Program-made: the position numbers and the translations under genes | The notes under the pieces: generated by a model | Database searches by the model: none | Seen by the model: the letters and a program-made list of their open reading frames with translations, nothing else | Told to the model about the DNA's origin: nothing | DNA from: Antedon mediterranea | Lineage: Eukaryota; Animalia; Echinodermata | Length of the DNA stretch: 64,000 nt | Reading direction: 5' to 3' | NCBI RefSeq assembly: GCF_964355755.1 | Contig: NC_092672.1 | Coordinates: forward strand, 12,462,001 to 12,526,000 | Part shown: piece after piece, positions 28,611 to 41,600 of the stretch | Numbering within the stretch: position 1 is the stretch's first letter | Layout: each line of letters starts with the position of its first letter

Positions 28611-28682
28611 ACCCCAGTGGTCTAATGGTTAGGAGATCTGCATATCAAGCAGAAGGTTCCGGGTTTGAATCTCGGACAGGGC
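28611..28682 (+). pseudogene. tRNA-derived sequence (degenerate tRNA or SINE head)
   Basis: A-box TGGTCTAATGG, anticodon-type arm TCTGC-ATATCAA-GCAGA, and T-arm CCGGG-TTTGAAT-CTCGG with a mutated TTC. The acceptor stem pairs poorly. Confidence 0.6.
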
Positions 28683-29112
28683 ATTTTCTCATTCTCACAG
28701 GTTTCGTCATTTTTATTTTTTCTAATTAATTAAATTTCATTATATCGGGCGGATTAAAATTTATTCTGTGATGTTTATATACTGTATATATATATTGTTT
28801 TCTCTTTTGTGGCGCAAACACTACTTTTATTCACATTCCTATTATATTATGTCATTAAATCATATTATTTAACACATTGCTGTTAATTCCAAATGTCATC
28901 AGTAACATTTTTACATTTATGAATTCCGTATTACCGGTACCTCCTTTTTTCATTAATTTTCTTATATTTTTCTAAACACTTGACAATGATCATCATTATC
29001 ATCTATCTCGTTTTAAAATATTTTACACATAAAGAACAATCCCTTTGTGAGTTTTTCATTTTCATTTGTTTGTTTGCCTCGCACTTGTTACTACCCTGTG
29101 TGTGTGTGTTTA

Positions 29113-29913
29113 AAATAGGCGCCATCTTTGATTTCAACATGGCGGCTGTTTACAACTTTAATAACAATATATTTTGAATCCTCAGTATCACAAACATAGG
29201 TACTGTATAGACATCATTTCTAACCTACTATGTTACTTATGTTAAGTTATAAGCCAAAATACGTTTTAAATGGCGACCATCTTGAATTCCAACATGGCGA
29301 CTGAAATAGAATATTTACAACTTTAATAACAATATATTTGGAATCCTCAGTATCACAAACATAGGTACTGTATAGACATCATTTCTAACCTACTATGTTA
29401 CTTATGTTAAGTTATAAGCCAAAATACGTTTTAAATGGCGACCATCTTGAATTCCAACATGGCGACTGAAATAGAATATTTACAACTTTAATAACAGTAT
29501 ATTTGGAATCCTCTGTATCACAAACTTAGGTATAGAAACTATTTTTAACTTGCTATGTTAATTAAAAGTCAAGTTATAAGTCAAAATACGTTTAAAATGG
29601 CGGCCATCTTGGATTTCAACATGGCGGCTGAAATAGAATATTTGCAACTTTAATAAAAATATAGTTGGAATCTTCACTATCACAAACATAGGTATAGACA
29701 CCATTTTTAACTTGCTACGTCAAGCCAAAATAAGTCTGAAATGGCGGCCATTTTGTTTTTCACATTTTAAGGGTGAAGATCTAAAAATTGAGCTGGGTAA
29801 ACAGCAAATTTGAATTCAGCACCCCAAAATTACCCTAAAACACATGTTTATTCGCTTTTAACACGAAATGACTACAGCATCTTATTAGAGTGGAAATATG
29901 ACTATCTGGACTA
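29113..29913. mobile_element. Terminus of a second Academ-like element with four ~165-bp subterminal tandem repeats
   Basis: Repeats are anchored on ATGGCG(A/G)CCATCTTG..AACATGGCG at ~29115, 29270, 29435 and 29597. It ends ...TATCTGGACTA, whose reverse complement TAGTCCAG is the same 8 nt as the terminus at 21790. Confidence 0.6.
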
Positions 29914-29916
29914 GTC

Positions 29917-30914
29917 TAAGCGTTTAAAAAATTGCCATGAGTGCGCAGATTTTTGGACGCGCAGTGCGCGTCAAACGTTAATGCGCACTGTTTTTGTCCG
30001 ATTACTGTTGTATAACCTTTCTTTAATAATATCATCATATTTTATTCACTTTTCAACGCGAAACAGCGTTATACGAGCACGTCAAAAAGTGACAGTTAAG
30101 TTAACAAAATGGTGAAAATATGCTAAATTTTAAAATTAATTAACATATATCGTTCGAATGCTCGGGAACACCTATTTTGTATTTAATTTTCTTTAAGTGT
30201 ATGTATCATATGTATTATTTATTATGAAATTAGAAGAACAAAAGTTGATTAAATCATCATTAATGGCATATTAAATTTAACAAAATTAATTTCGACAATC
30301 AAACAAATAACAAACTTAACAATAACATTAACTTTCTTCCTTAAGAAGTTCATATATTAAAGTTAAAAGTATATAGTTTGACAGTGCATCATTTTTTTAA
30401 ATTGTTAAAGATGTCATCATAGTAAAACATTATAATTCATTGCGGTATGTAATAATCTATCTGCACCAAAGTGGTTACTGCATAGTAAATACACGGAGGA
30501 ATCTTTCCACAACTTTTAGTCAGTTGTGTATGGCTCGGTGGTCTTTGCTCGTGCCTATAGCATTCAAGTACCGAGTTCGACTCTCACCTTGGGAAACCAA
30601 ACGAAATAAGATTTTTTTTATTATCCGTATTGGTTGTTCAATTGTTTTCTTAGTGTATAGATTATACACATGATTTATAATGAAATCTAAATAAAAACAC
30701 AAATGTGGTTTATGACATTATATACGCAGAAAGATCTTTGATCGGATTATGATACCGGCTATTGTGTTTGCGTTAGCAAGATCCTATCATATATTATAAA
30801 TAACTAACGATTCTGGGAAAATCAATCAATCAATATATCTTAAATCAATCAATTATCTTTATTTAAATCAATGCATATAACCTATAATTCGTCATAGTGA
30901 CGAATTAAATCTAG
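29917..30914 (+). mobile_element. 5'-truncated HINE family D body
   Basis: Starts at internal TAAGCGTTTAAAAAATTGCCATGAG and ends with the family D subterminal repeat + hairpin + CTAG|TT. Confidence 0.8.
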
Positions 30915-33662
30915 TTTTATTTAGTTTTATTATTTATGTTTTAGGCCTATTTGTTTTTGTAATTAGCTATCGTTCTAAACGGTAGTATACTAAATGTATG
31001 CATAAATAAATCAAGAGGATTCATACACATTTATTTCTGTTTTATTTTTGGATCTTATGAATGTATAGCCTGATAAGACAACAGCACGGTCGGTGCCAGA
31101 CACTAGTATTATATACGGACGGTGGTGGTATTATTATTCACGAAAAGCGTGGCACAAGCTTCGACATGATAGCAAACTTAATTGTTGTATTGTATAAACT
31201 TGGATGTTAGAATATGTTCCATTGTTTCCAACTGATCGAAACGTGTATTTATTAATAAACCCATGATCGGTTATTTGATAAAAATGTTATATTTGTGAAG
31301 GTACCTTCCCGAATTCATTAAGTGTCAAGACAAGAAATCGGTTAGAACCATGTTGCAATAAGTAGAATTCGTTTCTTCTTCGACTTAATTTAATTCAATA
31401 TTTGGATTCAATTCTCTCGATATGTCATTCCCGGAGTGACAATTCTATTTTACTACATATCAACATCATGCCTGTATCTGTCATTCCATGTGGACAATAT
31501 GTATCTAGCTAACAACATTTATTTTCAAAGTTGTGAGTACATCTATGAGCAATTATAAAAGTTATTTTTAATTTCTTAAACATTTCAAAACATTTAGGAC
31601 AGCCTAAGAATTGGGCGATGATGTAATAAACCCCAGTTTTTAATATGTTGCTAATCTATAGTAGATAATATGTTATGTTACTGTTTATTGTAATTCATCA
31701 TTACATTTTCAACAGTAATTATAAATCACAAATTTAAAATTGTCGGTAACTAAATTATATAACCAACCGTACCAATTGCTATTTTTAATAGACTATTTCA
31801 TTTACAATCAATTGTATTTGTTTTTAGAAACAATTTAAACATTATAATTTAACTCTAAACTATAACGAATATCCTGTGGGATAATTTAAAGTTCATCGAC
31901 TGTAAAATTAAATATATTGTGATTTATTTATCATTATAAAATTGTTTATAAAATATATTGATTTAGTGTTTTGAGAAATGTTTTAGTCTAACGAATCTGT
32001 AAAAATTACACGGTCCGCTAAGAGACATTTTAGGCTTACCAATCTATAATAGAAAATGTAATTTTTATTTTACTGTCCGTTATCTGTTTATGAGAAGTTT
32101 CACCAATTAGGCCTACCTGTTTACTAAGTAATACATTGTTTTGCTCTATTTTGAATTTAGTAGGCCTATAACATTATGTTCAAAACAGGTGGAAATTCAT
32201 TTAGTAATGTTCCAGTATATTTTATAAACATTTAAATTACGTTTATTCATTCTTTCAAAACGTAATATATAATGTATTGATGTGTTCGTCGTCTACGCAT
32301 CCTGTCTTTATCTGCTTACAAAGGAATGCAAAATGGCTAGCGTATTCCTAATTTAGGTCAACATTAAGACTTGTTATCGTACATTTTATAATATAGTGTG
32401 TAATCTTACAATCATCTCTCATGATTATATGTTTACGGTAATACAGTATTTCAATAAAATAAATACTTACAATTCATCTTATAAGTAAATATGATTATTC
32501 CTTAATTTAAATCTTTTATTTCTCCCGTGTTGCCGTGTATGTGTACGACTTGCACAATATCAATAATATTGTTTGTGACTAGATTGGTACAGAGAATACC
32601 GAGTATATGTGTTCGCTCAAAAACATAAAAGCGACTGGAAATGGCATGCTGAATAAACACAACAGGTAGTAGATCTGAATAACGATATTTCCATAATAGG
32701 GGTCGAATAACAATATTAGGTACCGAACTATATTGTACTCAATGTATTGTTGATATTAAAAAGAAGTTTATCAATGCAGGAAGAGGTAGGTCTACTATGA
32801 GACGAATAGCTAGAATTCCATTAAAACAGCCTTTGATGTTTAATTCTTACTCAATTTCTTGATAGAGAGTACGTTATTATTAGCATTGGTAATAGAGTGC
32901 TTGGTTCATTTATTTTAATGGAGAAAATGATGCAAAGGTAACATTTAAAACAAGTTTGATAATATTATGAGAAGGCTTGATTTAAAGAACATTTAGAATA
33001 ATCATAATAGATTGCTACTTTAAAGTGGAGATAACTCAGTGTCAATAATCTAAGTTTTTTTTTTATAAAATATTGAATATGAATAATTATGAAATCAATT
33101 TAATCTATGTTTTCAGTAAAAATAACTTTGTGAATAAGAAAATTTTTAAAGAGAAATATTATGTTTGAGAAAAATAATTTAATAAAAAAATTAGAATGTA
33201 CATAAAAATAAGAAATCAAGCATAAAGTACGACCTTAAGAGTATCTAAATGGTTAATAAAACACTTTTTTAAATTAATCAGTAATAGCCATCTTGTTAAC
33301 TAAGGTAACCTATATCTATCCAATCATGTACACATGTACCTCTCATTTAATTTACATTTAAAAGAGAAAAACATTTTTTACTAACATTTGTTCTTGATCT
33401 GAAGAACAAGTTAATAGGTCTAGTAACAAAATGCGTCCGTGGTCTTTAAACTCTAACTGTTCTTTATGCCCTAAAACACTCTATTACATATGGGTCGTAA
33501 CTGCATTGCATTAGCATTCGCACTTAAAGAAAGAGATCACAGCAGATCAGCAAACAGGTATTTTGTACCAAAGGCAGCAAAACAAATATAGGTGAAATCT
33601 CAGTGAATCGAAACACACTATTACTCTGGAATATAATAATTTCAACTCAACGGGTTTAACAA

Positions 33663-34066
33663 GGTCAATCACAACTGACCTCAGAAAAAGATCGGAAAGC
33701 TGTGAGATGTGGTTTCTAAGGAGAATGATGAGAATTCCTTGGACAGATAGAGTTAGTAATGAAGATGTATTGATAAGAGCTGGAGTGTGCAGGAAACTAC
33801 TGAAGGATATTAAGATTAGACAGATGAGATTCATGGGACATGTGTTGAGGAAGGGAGGTCTGGAGAACTTGGCATTAACGGGGAAAATAGAAGGAAGAAG
33901 GAGCAGGGCGAGAAAAAGAGTCACTTGGTTGGCCAGCATAGCTGAGTGGATTCGGAATAGAGGCGAAAATGCCAAAGAAGTGGAGTTGCTGAACATGGCA
34001 ATAGACAGGGAATTGTGGCACAACATGATCGCCAAAGTCTCGTGATATGGCACTTCGAGAGAGAGA
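33663..34066 (+). mobile_element. 5'-truncated RTE-clade LINE (C-terminal end of the ORF) with 11-bp TSD
   Basis: Translation SCEMWFLRRMMRIPWTDRVSNEDVL...RQMRFMGHVLRKGGLENLALTGKIEGRRSRAR is typical of RTE C-termini. There is a (GA)n tail, and the TSD GGGTTTAACAA lies at 33652-33662 and 34067-34077. Confidence 0.9.
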
Positions 34067-34241
34067 GGGTTTAACAAATGACTAAGCTGATATTGTAAAG
34101 ACCAAACATATACAGGAAAAGAAACACAACTGTTTTATAGGTATATTATTAAATAAACACCGTTAAATTAAATGTTTGATACATTTTATAGGACCACATC
34201 TATGCAAAACAAAACTATTACTGTGTGTCGGGCGTTAATGT

Positions 34242-34569
34242 CACCCGATTCTGTAACTGTTACCATGTATGGTTCACCGTTGTGTAGTTGTCAAGCATGT
34301 ACATGGATACTGTCTGTCATTGGTCACCAGTGACGAAAGTTATTAAGTACATACTTGTCCTGTGTATTAAACATAGTCGTCTAGAACCAATAGCAGACGA
34401 TGTTTCGGGCAAGATTGTATTATAACAACATGCAAGAGCAATATCATCATGCATGTACTTGATAACTTTCGTCACTGGTGACCAATGACAGACAGTATCC
34501 ATGTACATGCTTGACAACTGCACAACGGTGAACCATATATATACATGGCAACAGTTACAGAATCGGGTG
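34242..34569. mobile_element. Palindromic MITE, termini CACCCGATTCTGTA, 8-bp TSD GTTAATGT (P- or hAT-type)
   Basis: ~110-bp inverted arms, with the TSD at 34234-34241 and 34570-34577. Confidence 0.88.
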
Positions 34570-35251
34570 GTTAATGTACTATATTCGATTATCATACGTT
34601 TTATGTGTCAAGTGGTTAAAATAAGAAATTTACATTTAGGTTAGGTTCAAGTTTAATTTTAATTTTCAAGTAAAAAGCAATTGTTCTTCAAAATGATTCT
34701 TCATTTGTGTGAAAAACATACCATATATTTTAAATATAATATAATAATAAATAGATATGTGTATATTTATTGAACATAATTTCCAGACAAATTTTAGTTA
34801 GGCCTACATTGTTTTAAAAATGCTAACGTTTAATGAATAGTTAGCCATAAACCTAGTAGGTGTGAGTTATTGTAAAGTTAATCAATTGCAACAACTGTAC
34901 ACAGTAGTCACGAGTCAGAGAAAAGATGTTAGATGGAAATGGTCCGTTAAATGGTTAAAGTTATTCTGATCTACAATGTATACATGTAGGAATTTACTAG
35001 TATTCATATTTCTCATTTTTAAAACGTGTGTCGCACTACAATTTCTTCTAGAACCAGTAGACACGGATGCAGTGGAAGACAAAAACAATTATGAACCACT
35101 TAAACCGAAGAAACAAAAACAAACAATTAACAGAACAAGCCTGGAAATACACCAGATTAATATGACATACTTAATTAGTTACCGTACTCCATTTAACATA
35201 ATTTAGTATTCACATATTAAATCCCTATTTCAACCAACATTGTTATGATAA

Positions 35252-35588
35252 GTGTATAACATATAACATATTATACAAATAATGAATGTTTATGAGTGCA
35301 ATGGTACAAATAATGCCACGAGGTGAATGATGAAAGGTTATATCAACGAGGCAAAGCCGAGTTGATATAACCTTTCATCATTCACCAAGTGCCATTATTT
35401 GTACCATTACACGAATACAAAACATTCATTATTTGTTTTATATAACATCTAGACGTTTTTTTTTCGTACACAAAAATGTTTCAAAAAGTACTATTTAACG
35501 ATCGTTGAATAGTGCGTACTATTGCACGCCATGTGACCCACATTCGTCCAATCAAATGACAGGAATTTATATAGGTGTTATATAAAAC
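35252..35588. repeat. Short palindromic interspersed element (~160-bp hairpin plus a second short inverted repeat)
   Basis: Arms 35275-35347 and 35361-35436 surround GAGGCAAAGCCGA. GTTTTATATAACA (~35435) pairs with TGTTATATAAAAC (~35576). Confidence 0.7.
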
Positions 35589-37265
35589 GTAATATATCAG
35601 TGTACACTGTTACTATAATAAACACACTATTTGCAGCCGTGACATTACAAGAAGGCACTGATGCCTTATTACAAATATTAAGCCCACATGCTATACGTCA
35701 ATCCTCTTCGTAACGATAATTTTGATTAATTCAAAACTTTAATACAATTTATGAAATTATTAATTAATAATAATTTGTTTTCTCTTTTTTATATTAAAAA
35801 ATTCCTAAACATTCGAAGCACATGATTAAAACTATATTCTAATGGTTTATAATTGTTTAATTCTACTGTTTTAACTGGTTTATATACAGTGCATTTTATA
35901 ATCTGATTTGAGTTAATTAAATGGACTAATGGATTTATAAAGGTTGCTATAATTTAAATTCGAATGCTAACATTTTTATCATCACAAGATGGCGCACTAC
36001 GACTAATTAGAGTCGTTATAATAAGTAGGCGTGGCTTACTTATCCCTCTACGTTCAAATATCTTCTGAACGATTCAGCCCGCAAGAGGGCTCTATATAAA
36101 TTTGATATACCATTACGTACTTCATTCAATATGTATTTTTTTGTCGCATAGCGTCTTTTTGTCGAATTGTTTAAACCGTTTGATATTCTTTAAACGGATA
36201 TTATTGCATCATATTCAATAAGCTGGTGATAGCGTCGGCAACAAAGAGGTTAAACAAACAAAGTGAAAGTAAATAATACAGTATCATATATACACATACA
36301 TTCTTACATTGTATTTATTACTGTAAGTTCCATTTTAAATAGGATTTCAGAAATAATCGGTAAATGAAATATCTTACTATTATGTTATGTGATATAATAA
36401 TATGTACACTTTAATAAATAATACAACTAATTGATTACAATGTTAACTAGAAGAAAACATTTTGTCTCAATCCGTATTATTAAATAATCAATAAGTGTGA
36501 AACCGAACTTGTTATAAGTTCAATCAGTTCATTGCTAAATAAGCAAAACCAATTTATATCGTTACCCATTTCATGTTTGAATCAATTATTGTGACCGCTA
36601 TTGTTTGCATATAGTATATTGACGATTTTTAAATTATCAAATAATGACATCACACGTTATGTGGCAGATTTATTTTCAAATCTAACATTATGTACATTGA
36701 ATTTCTATAAGATAATTTTAGAACAGTAGATAATGTATGTTTTGTACTGGTGGTACTGAGCTATTATTGTTTTTTTTAATTTTTTTTTTATCATGTATAT
36801 AAATATATTGTATAATCCGGTTTGTAAAATGAAAACAAACAAATGAAAATGTGTGAACTATTTTAAAACGGGATAGATGATAATGATGATCCTTTAAAGT
36901 GTATAGCAAAATATAAGAAAATTAATGAAAAAAGGAATAATACAGAATTCATATATCTAAAAATGTTACTTATGAACTGTAACGACATTTACAAGTTAAA
37001 TAATACGATTTTATGTAATATGAAATAATATGAATGTGAATAAAAGTGGTGTTTGCGCCACAAAAGAGACAAAAAAATGTATGTTTTGTCATTAAAAACA
37101 AACATTTTATTTTACTTAAGAAAGTGATGCACTGTTGTCTAAATCTTCAATAAAAAAAAGAAATAATTTATAAATAAGCTAGCCTCAGTTGCTTGTTAAT
37201 GTTCGTGCTTGAGACAATTAATAACTATACTAGATATTATTATAAAGTGAAGTGTTTTAATTAAT

Positions 37266-37411
37266 AAGAAAATGAAAATGGTATCAGACTTCTTTTAATT
37301 AAGAAAATGAAATTGGTATCGGACTTCTTTTAATTTTTAAGAAAATGAAATAGTATCAGACTTATTTTAACTAAGAAAATGAAATGGTATCAGAGACCTC
37401 TTTTAATTAAG
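37266..37411. repeat. Minisatellite, ~35-38 bp x4
   Basis: AAGAAAATGAAATGGTATCAGACTTCTTTTAATT units. Confidence 0.8.
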
Positions 37412-37961
37412 ATTTTTTATATACATTATTAGTTAGGCCTATACGCATTCTTAAAAATTGTTTTTCCGCTGAAATACAGTACACGAATTGTAGATACCAT
37501 ACCGATACTACCCCGTATGTCTGTATCTCATTAAACTTGGCTAAAATTTAATGAATACCAAGTGCAATATTAAATGGAATAGTGTTTCTTAATAATTTCC
37601 ACATAAAAACAACAGTATTCATCTGAATCTCGCCTAACTTACCACAATTATCAATGATCTATAGGAACTTTCAAATGGAAGGACAAAACTGCTATTAACT
37701 GCGTAGTGCAATTATAGAGAAAAACCTTTTCTTTTAGTTGGATATTTTTATGTAAGAAAATAATACTGTAGGCAGGAGTATACACTCTCGGAGTACCCTC
37801 TAGTTTGCTTTACAAACAGCCCCGAAATGTTAGTCGAAAGTTATCGAATAATATTTCCTTGCCTTTTATAATTGATTTTTTATTTGGCGAATTTAAATCA
37901 ATTAATATAATATTTACTGGCTTCAAAGCTCTGTCTACATTATTAAACTTTGAAACAAATT

Positions 37962-38027
37962 TGATGTACCCATATATGGACGTGATGTACCCATATATGG
38001 ACATGATGTACCCATATATGGACGTGA
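37962..38027. repeat. 21-bp tandem repeat x3 in the presumptive 3' UTR of the ROCO gene
   Basis: TGATGTACCCATATATGGAC(G/A) units. Confidence 0.85.
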
Positions 38028-38144
38028 TGATGTCTGGGCATATAACACCTTTTTTTGCTCAAAATACTTTGAGCTTTATATTGTTTACCCAAACACTTGA
38101 TTGATTTACCGACATTGAGTTTGGTAATATACTCGGCATCAATG

Positions 38145-38674
38145 CTAAGCATTATATTCTAACTTTTCAGCAGGAACAGTCATGTTATTCTCCTTTAAAA
38201 ATGCAATAAATGATTGCAAGTTATCCTCCCTTAGAATCCCCCTATGTTCAAGATCTAATATCACAGTCCATTGGTTGTTACTTTGTTTTTTTAGAACACT
38301 TTTCAAACGGATGAGATCTCTTGTATTTTCTTTCGAAAGTGCGTCACCAAACTGAATTAGGTGTTGTCGATATGTTGAGAAGGATGTGATACACTGGTTG
38401 GTTTTATCGAATGTCTCCTTTAACAGTTTGTTGACCTCCAAAACACCATTGGTACTAGTGACATTAATTGCGTCAATAAGAACTTTCACGTTGGTAGTGG
38501 TAACATTGCCAGATCGTTTCAATAAGTTGAAGAAATCTATGCAGTCAGCATTCTGTAGATCATTGTAAGGTGTTATCAGATCTTTGCATAACACCTTCAG
38601 TTTATCAAGAGAGCCATGTTCATCATACCAGCTCGATACGTTTACCACGATTTTTTCAAACTCTTCAGATGATT
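38145..38674 (-). CDS. Terminal exon encoding two divergent death-effector (DED)-like domains
   Basis: Two ~80-aa helical units: FEKIVVNVS...LDKLKVLCKD...IDFFNLLKRSGNVTTTNVKVL and FSTYRQHLIQFGDALS...WTVILDLEHRGILREDNLQSF. The second resembles the S.YR.LL..i...L...LE..g.l...NL pattern of caspase-8/cFLIP DED2. Confidence 0.7.
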
Positions 38675-41600
38675 CTGCAGTAAGGCATTGTAGAAAGAAA
38701 AGAATATTGAATAACATTGTACTAGTATCATTATAAACAAATACACTTTTGTTATAAACGAAGGTATAGTCAAAGAAACACACATTTTTACTTATTCCCG
38801 TCTTTTAAATAGCTTAGACAATATGTCAGTAGGCCAAGTGCGTTTACTATTAGGCCTACTGTATACGGTTTTTCTGTATTTATTTTGCGAACCTAAAGTG
38901 AATGACTCAATGAACCAATTGAATAAATCTGTGATTAGGATACATTTATCACAGTTTCTAAAGTGCTAACACATTTTCAAAATGTTTTCAAATATAAAAG
39001 TTTTAGTGAGCTTCCACCAGTAGGGATTACTGATACGGACTCTATATGATAAAAATACATTTTCAGCGCAATATGTTCAACTTTAATTCTTTATGAAATG
39101 ATATGCCACAAATCATGATGAGAATCCTACACAAGTGTTTGTGTGACGCAGATTTTTGGGGCAGGCTTCCATTGAACTACCCAAAAGTGGGAATCATTAA
39201 AGATAAAGATAACTTCACATCACATTTAAAGAGGGTAAATTATATGGTATTCAAACGTGAAAACAGGGCTGCAAATTAACTTTTTTACTTGGTAGCACTA
39301 TCAAATTTGTATGATGGCTCATAATAATTTTTGGTAGCACCACCAATTTTTTTAGTAGCACCTTTTCATCGACAACTAACCCCCCTTCCCTCAAACAAAC
39401 CCCATCCGCGCAGATCCGTTTTTAGTTTAGTGGTGGGGGGGGGGGGGTGTATAAAAATGAAATACAGTACAACCTTAGGCTAGGGGTCAGGGGGGCCGCC
39501 AATGGCCCCGCTTTGGGGGGGGGGGGATTTTTGAGTAATTATAGGTTGTTTCAATCGATTTCTGAGCACATAAAAATTCAGCACTGAAGAATTCAATTAA
39601 TTTGGGTTATGCACGTTTAGGCACTGGTCCTGATGCGCCACTTATATTCACGCAAGATCTATTCTTTTTACGGTACAGAAAGAAATTACTGCTTTGTATA
39701 TACGCGTAATCTTTCGTAGCCTACGCGTAAATAGATCGTAGGTCATTGTTCGCTAAACATATCCTGTAATTTCCAAAGTATTGTTCGTTGCCATGCCTAC
39801 GATGTATTGTTTATGATAATATCTACCCGTCGATCGTATGGTGGTTCGTAGGGTTAGTAATTTGTAAACACCAATGTCATCGCCTTTAGGAGCATGAACA
39901 ATGGAAACAAACATGTATTGTTGGCTAATTAAAATCCTAGACGTTAATTTTTGTAGCCGCCCTACACATCGGTTGTCCTAATTTGGCAGGACATCCGCCG
40001 ACGAGACGACATCGGGCCCGAGGCCCTCAGCTCACGCAGAGAGAGTTTTCGGCGGCCTACCTACATGATTCAATCCTACCTTGGTTTAGCGAATTATAAA
40101 AACAACACCTTGGCTAGGACACCAACAAAATATATGCAAAATAAATATATATTCCATGTTAAGATTTAACATAGGCCTTTGTAAATTATTATTACGACAA
40201 AAGACCCGACCAGAATTTAACATAGGCCTTTGTAAATTATTCTTACGACAAAAGACCCGACCAGAATTTGGAGGGGAAACACGTGCGAACCGTGGGAACA
40301 GTTTAGAGCTGTATTACGTTTCATGTGACGCAAAATTCAGGTACACTGTTTTGTAGCCATCATCACCCCCCCCCCCCCCCCCTCGTACCGAGTAAAAAAA
40401 AACATGCGAGAGGTTTGCGGTGGTAAAACAGAGTATCGCGTTTCATGACATGTGACCAAAAAACTAGGTCTGTATTAATTACGATCTTCTGTCGGCAGTC
40501 TTTTTGGGCAACCGATTGAACGTTCTGATACTATATTTAGAATGAATTGTTTACGATCCTTTTGTTTGCATGTTTCTGGATTGACTGGACGTTCGCTATA
40601 TTATTTTTATTAGTTGGCATAGTTCATTGTGTTGGATCGTGTCTCTACGTTTACATTGTGGGAAATTTATATTCGCCGTTGAGAGTAAAGAAAAACACAC
40701 GAATGAAACATTTACGAATAAAAACTATTAGCCTATATTATATATTTCTTAGTAATGTACAAATTGGTCCTCCTCCGCCAGTCAAAAATAACACATTAAA
40801 TAATAATTTTCACACCTTGTTACTTCACATCGTGGGGTTGTTTATTGAGGTTACTAATGAAGCCAAACAACGTAACCTACAAAGCCAACAACGTAGCCTG
40901 TTTTATCTACGAAGCTAATTCGTAGGAAAAGTTGCGGTATTCTGGATATATAATTTTCGATAATCAGAATCTGGAATAAAGTATTAAATCTACTGATAAA
41001 CAATACTGCTGTTTAATCTATATAATGAATAGATATTATTATATATATCATTAATTACATTATTTAGTAATCATGATATATAACCGTTAAACCTAAAAAT
41101 ACTGATGGCTGCGCGGCGACAATCCTTTGTATCTGCCGCGCCCGCCCTGGCTAACTTCTGTGTACGGCGGTACAATTGTTTTTATATTTTCTTCCTTCTT
41201 TAATAACGGAGGTGATTTTCCACGAGGTTTGTGTCGTCCGCGCGTCACACTGTGCTGTGTGTTTGGTGTCCTTTTGTGTGATTGGGTAAGGCAGCATGCA
41301 ATAAATGGACGAATTTCCAATCACAACGAGTGTAAAATGTTTAGGGGCTTTGTACGCTTGAATGAACCTGACTCCTTTGCGGCGGCGGTGACTTGTGGAA
41401 ACTCCTGAGCCTTCCGTAGTAGAGAGATTAAATTAAAACACAGTGTTTGAAATAGGGAAAACACACCTGACTTCAATTTGAAACAACTCGCACAAGCAGA
41501 CGATCTTGTCGCGCTATGCGCGACCTATTCTGTTTCTTTAGTCGCAAAGAGAAAAATTAGGTCGCAAATGCGACCAAATACCCCTTAATTTGCAGCCCTG

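Larger units (their letters stand above)
20826..28933. repeat. Tandem segmental duplication (copy 1 ~20826-25752, copy 2 ~25753-28933), each copy with a different TE insertion
   Basis: 20835-21789 matches 25753-25899 + 27357-28163, and 25362-25753 matches 28164-28435 + 28811-28933. Confidence 0.9.

Noticed and set aside
28611-28682. Functional tRNA gene (apparent anticodon ATC)
   Set aside because: The T-loop TTC is mutated to TTT, the acceptor stem is weak, the anticodon loop is atypical, and it lies in repeat-derived DNA.
33547-34077. 176-aa minus-strand ORF
   Set aside because: It is the antisense shadow of the RTE LINE fragment.
40156-41408. ORFs of 66-123 aa inside the hAT-like intronic element
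   Set aside because: They have no transposase or other motifs and look like chance ORFs.
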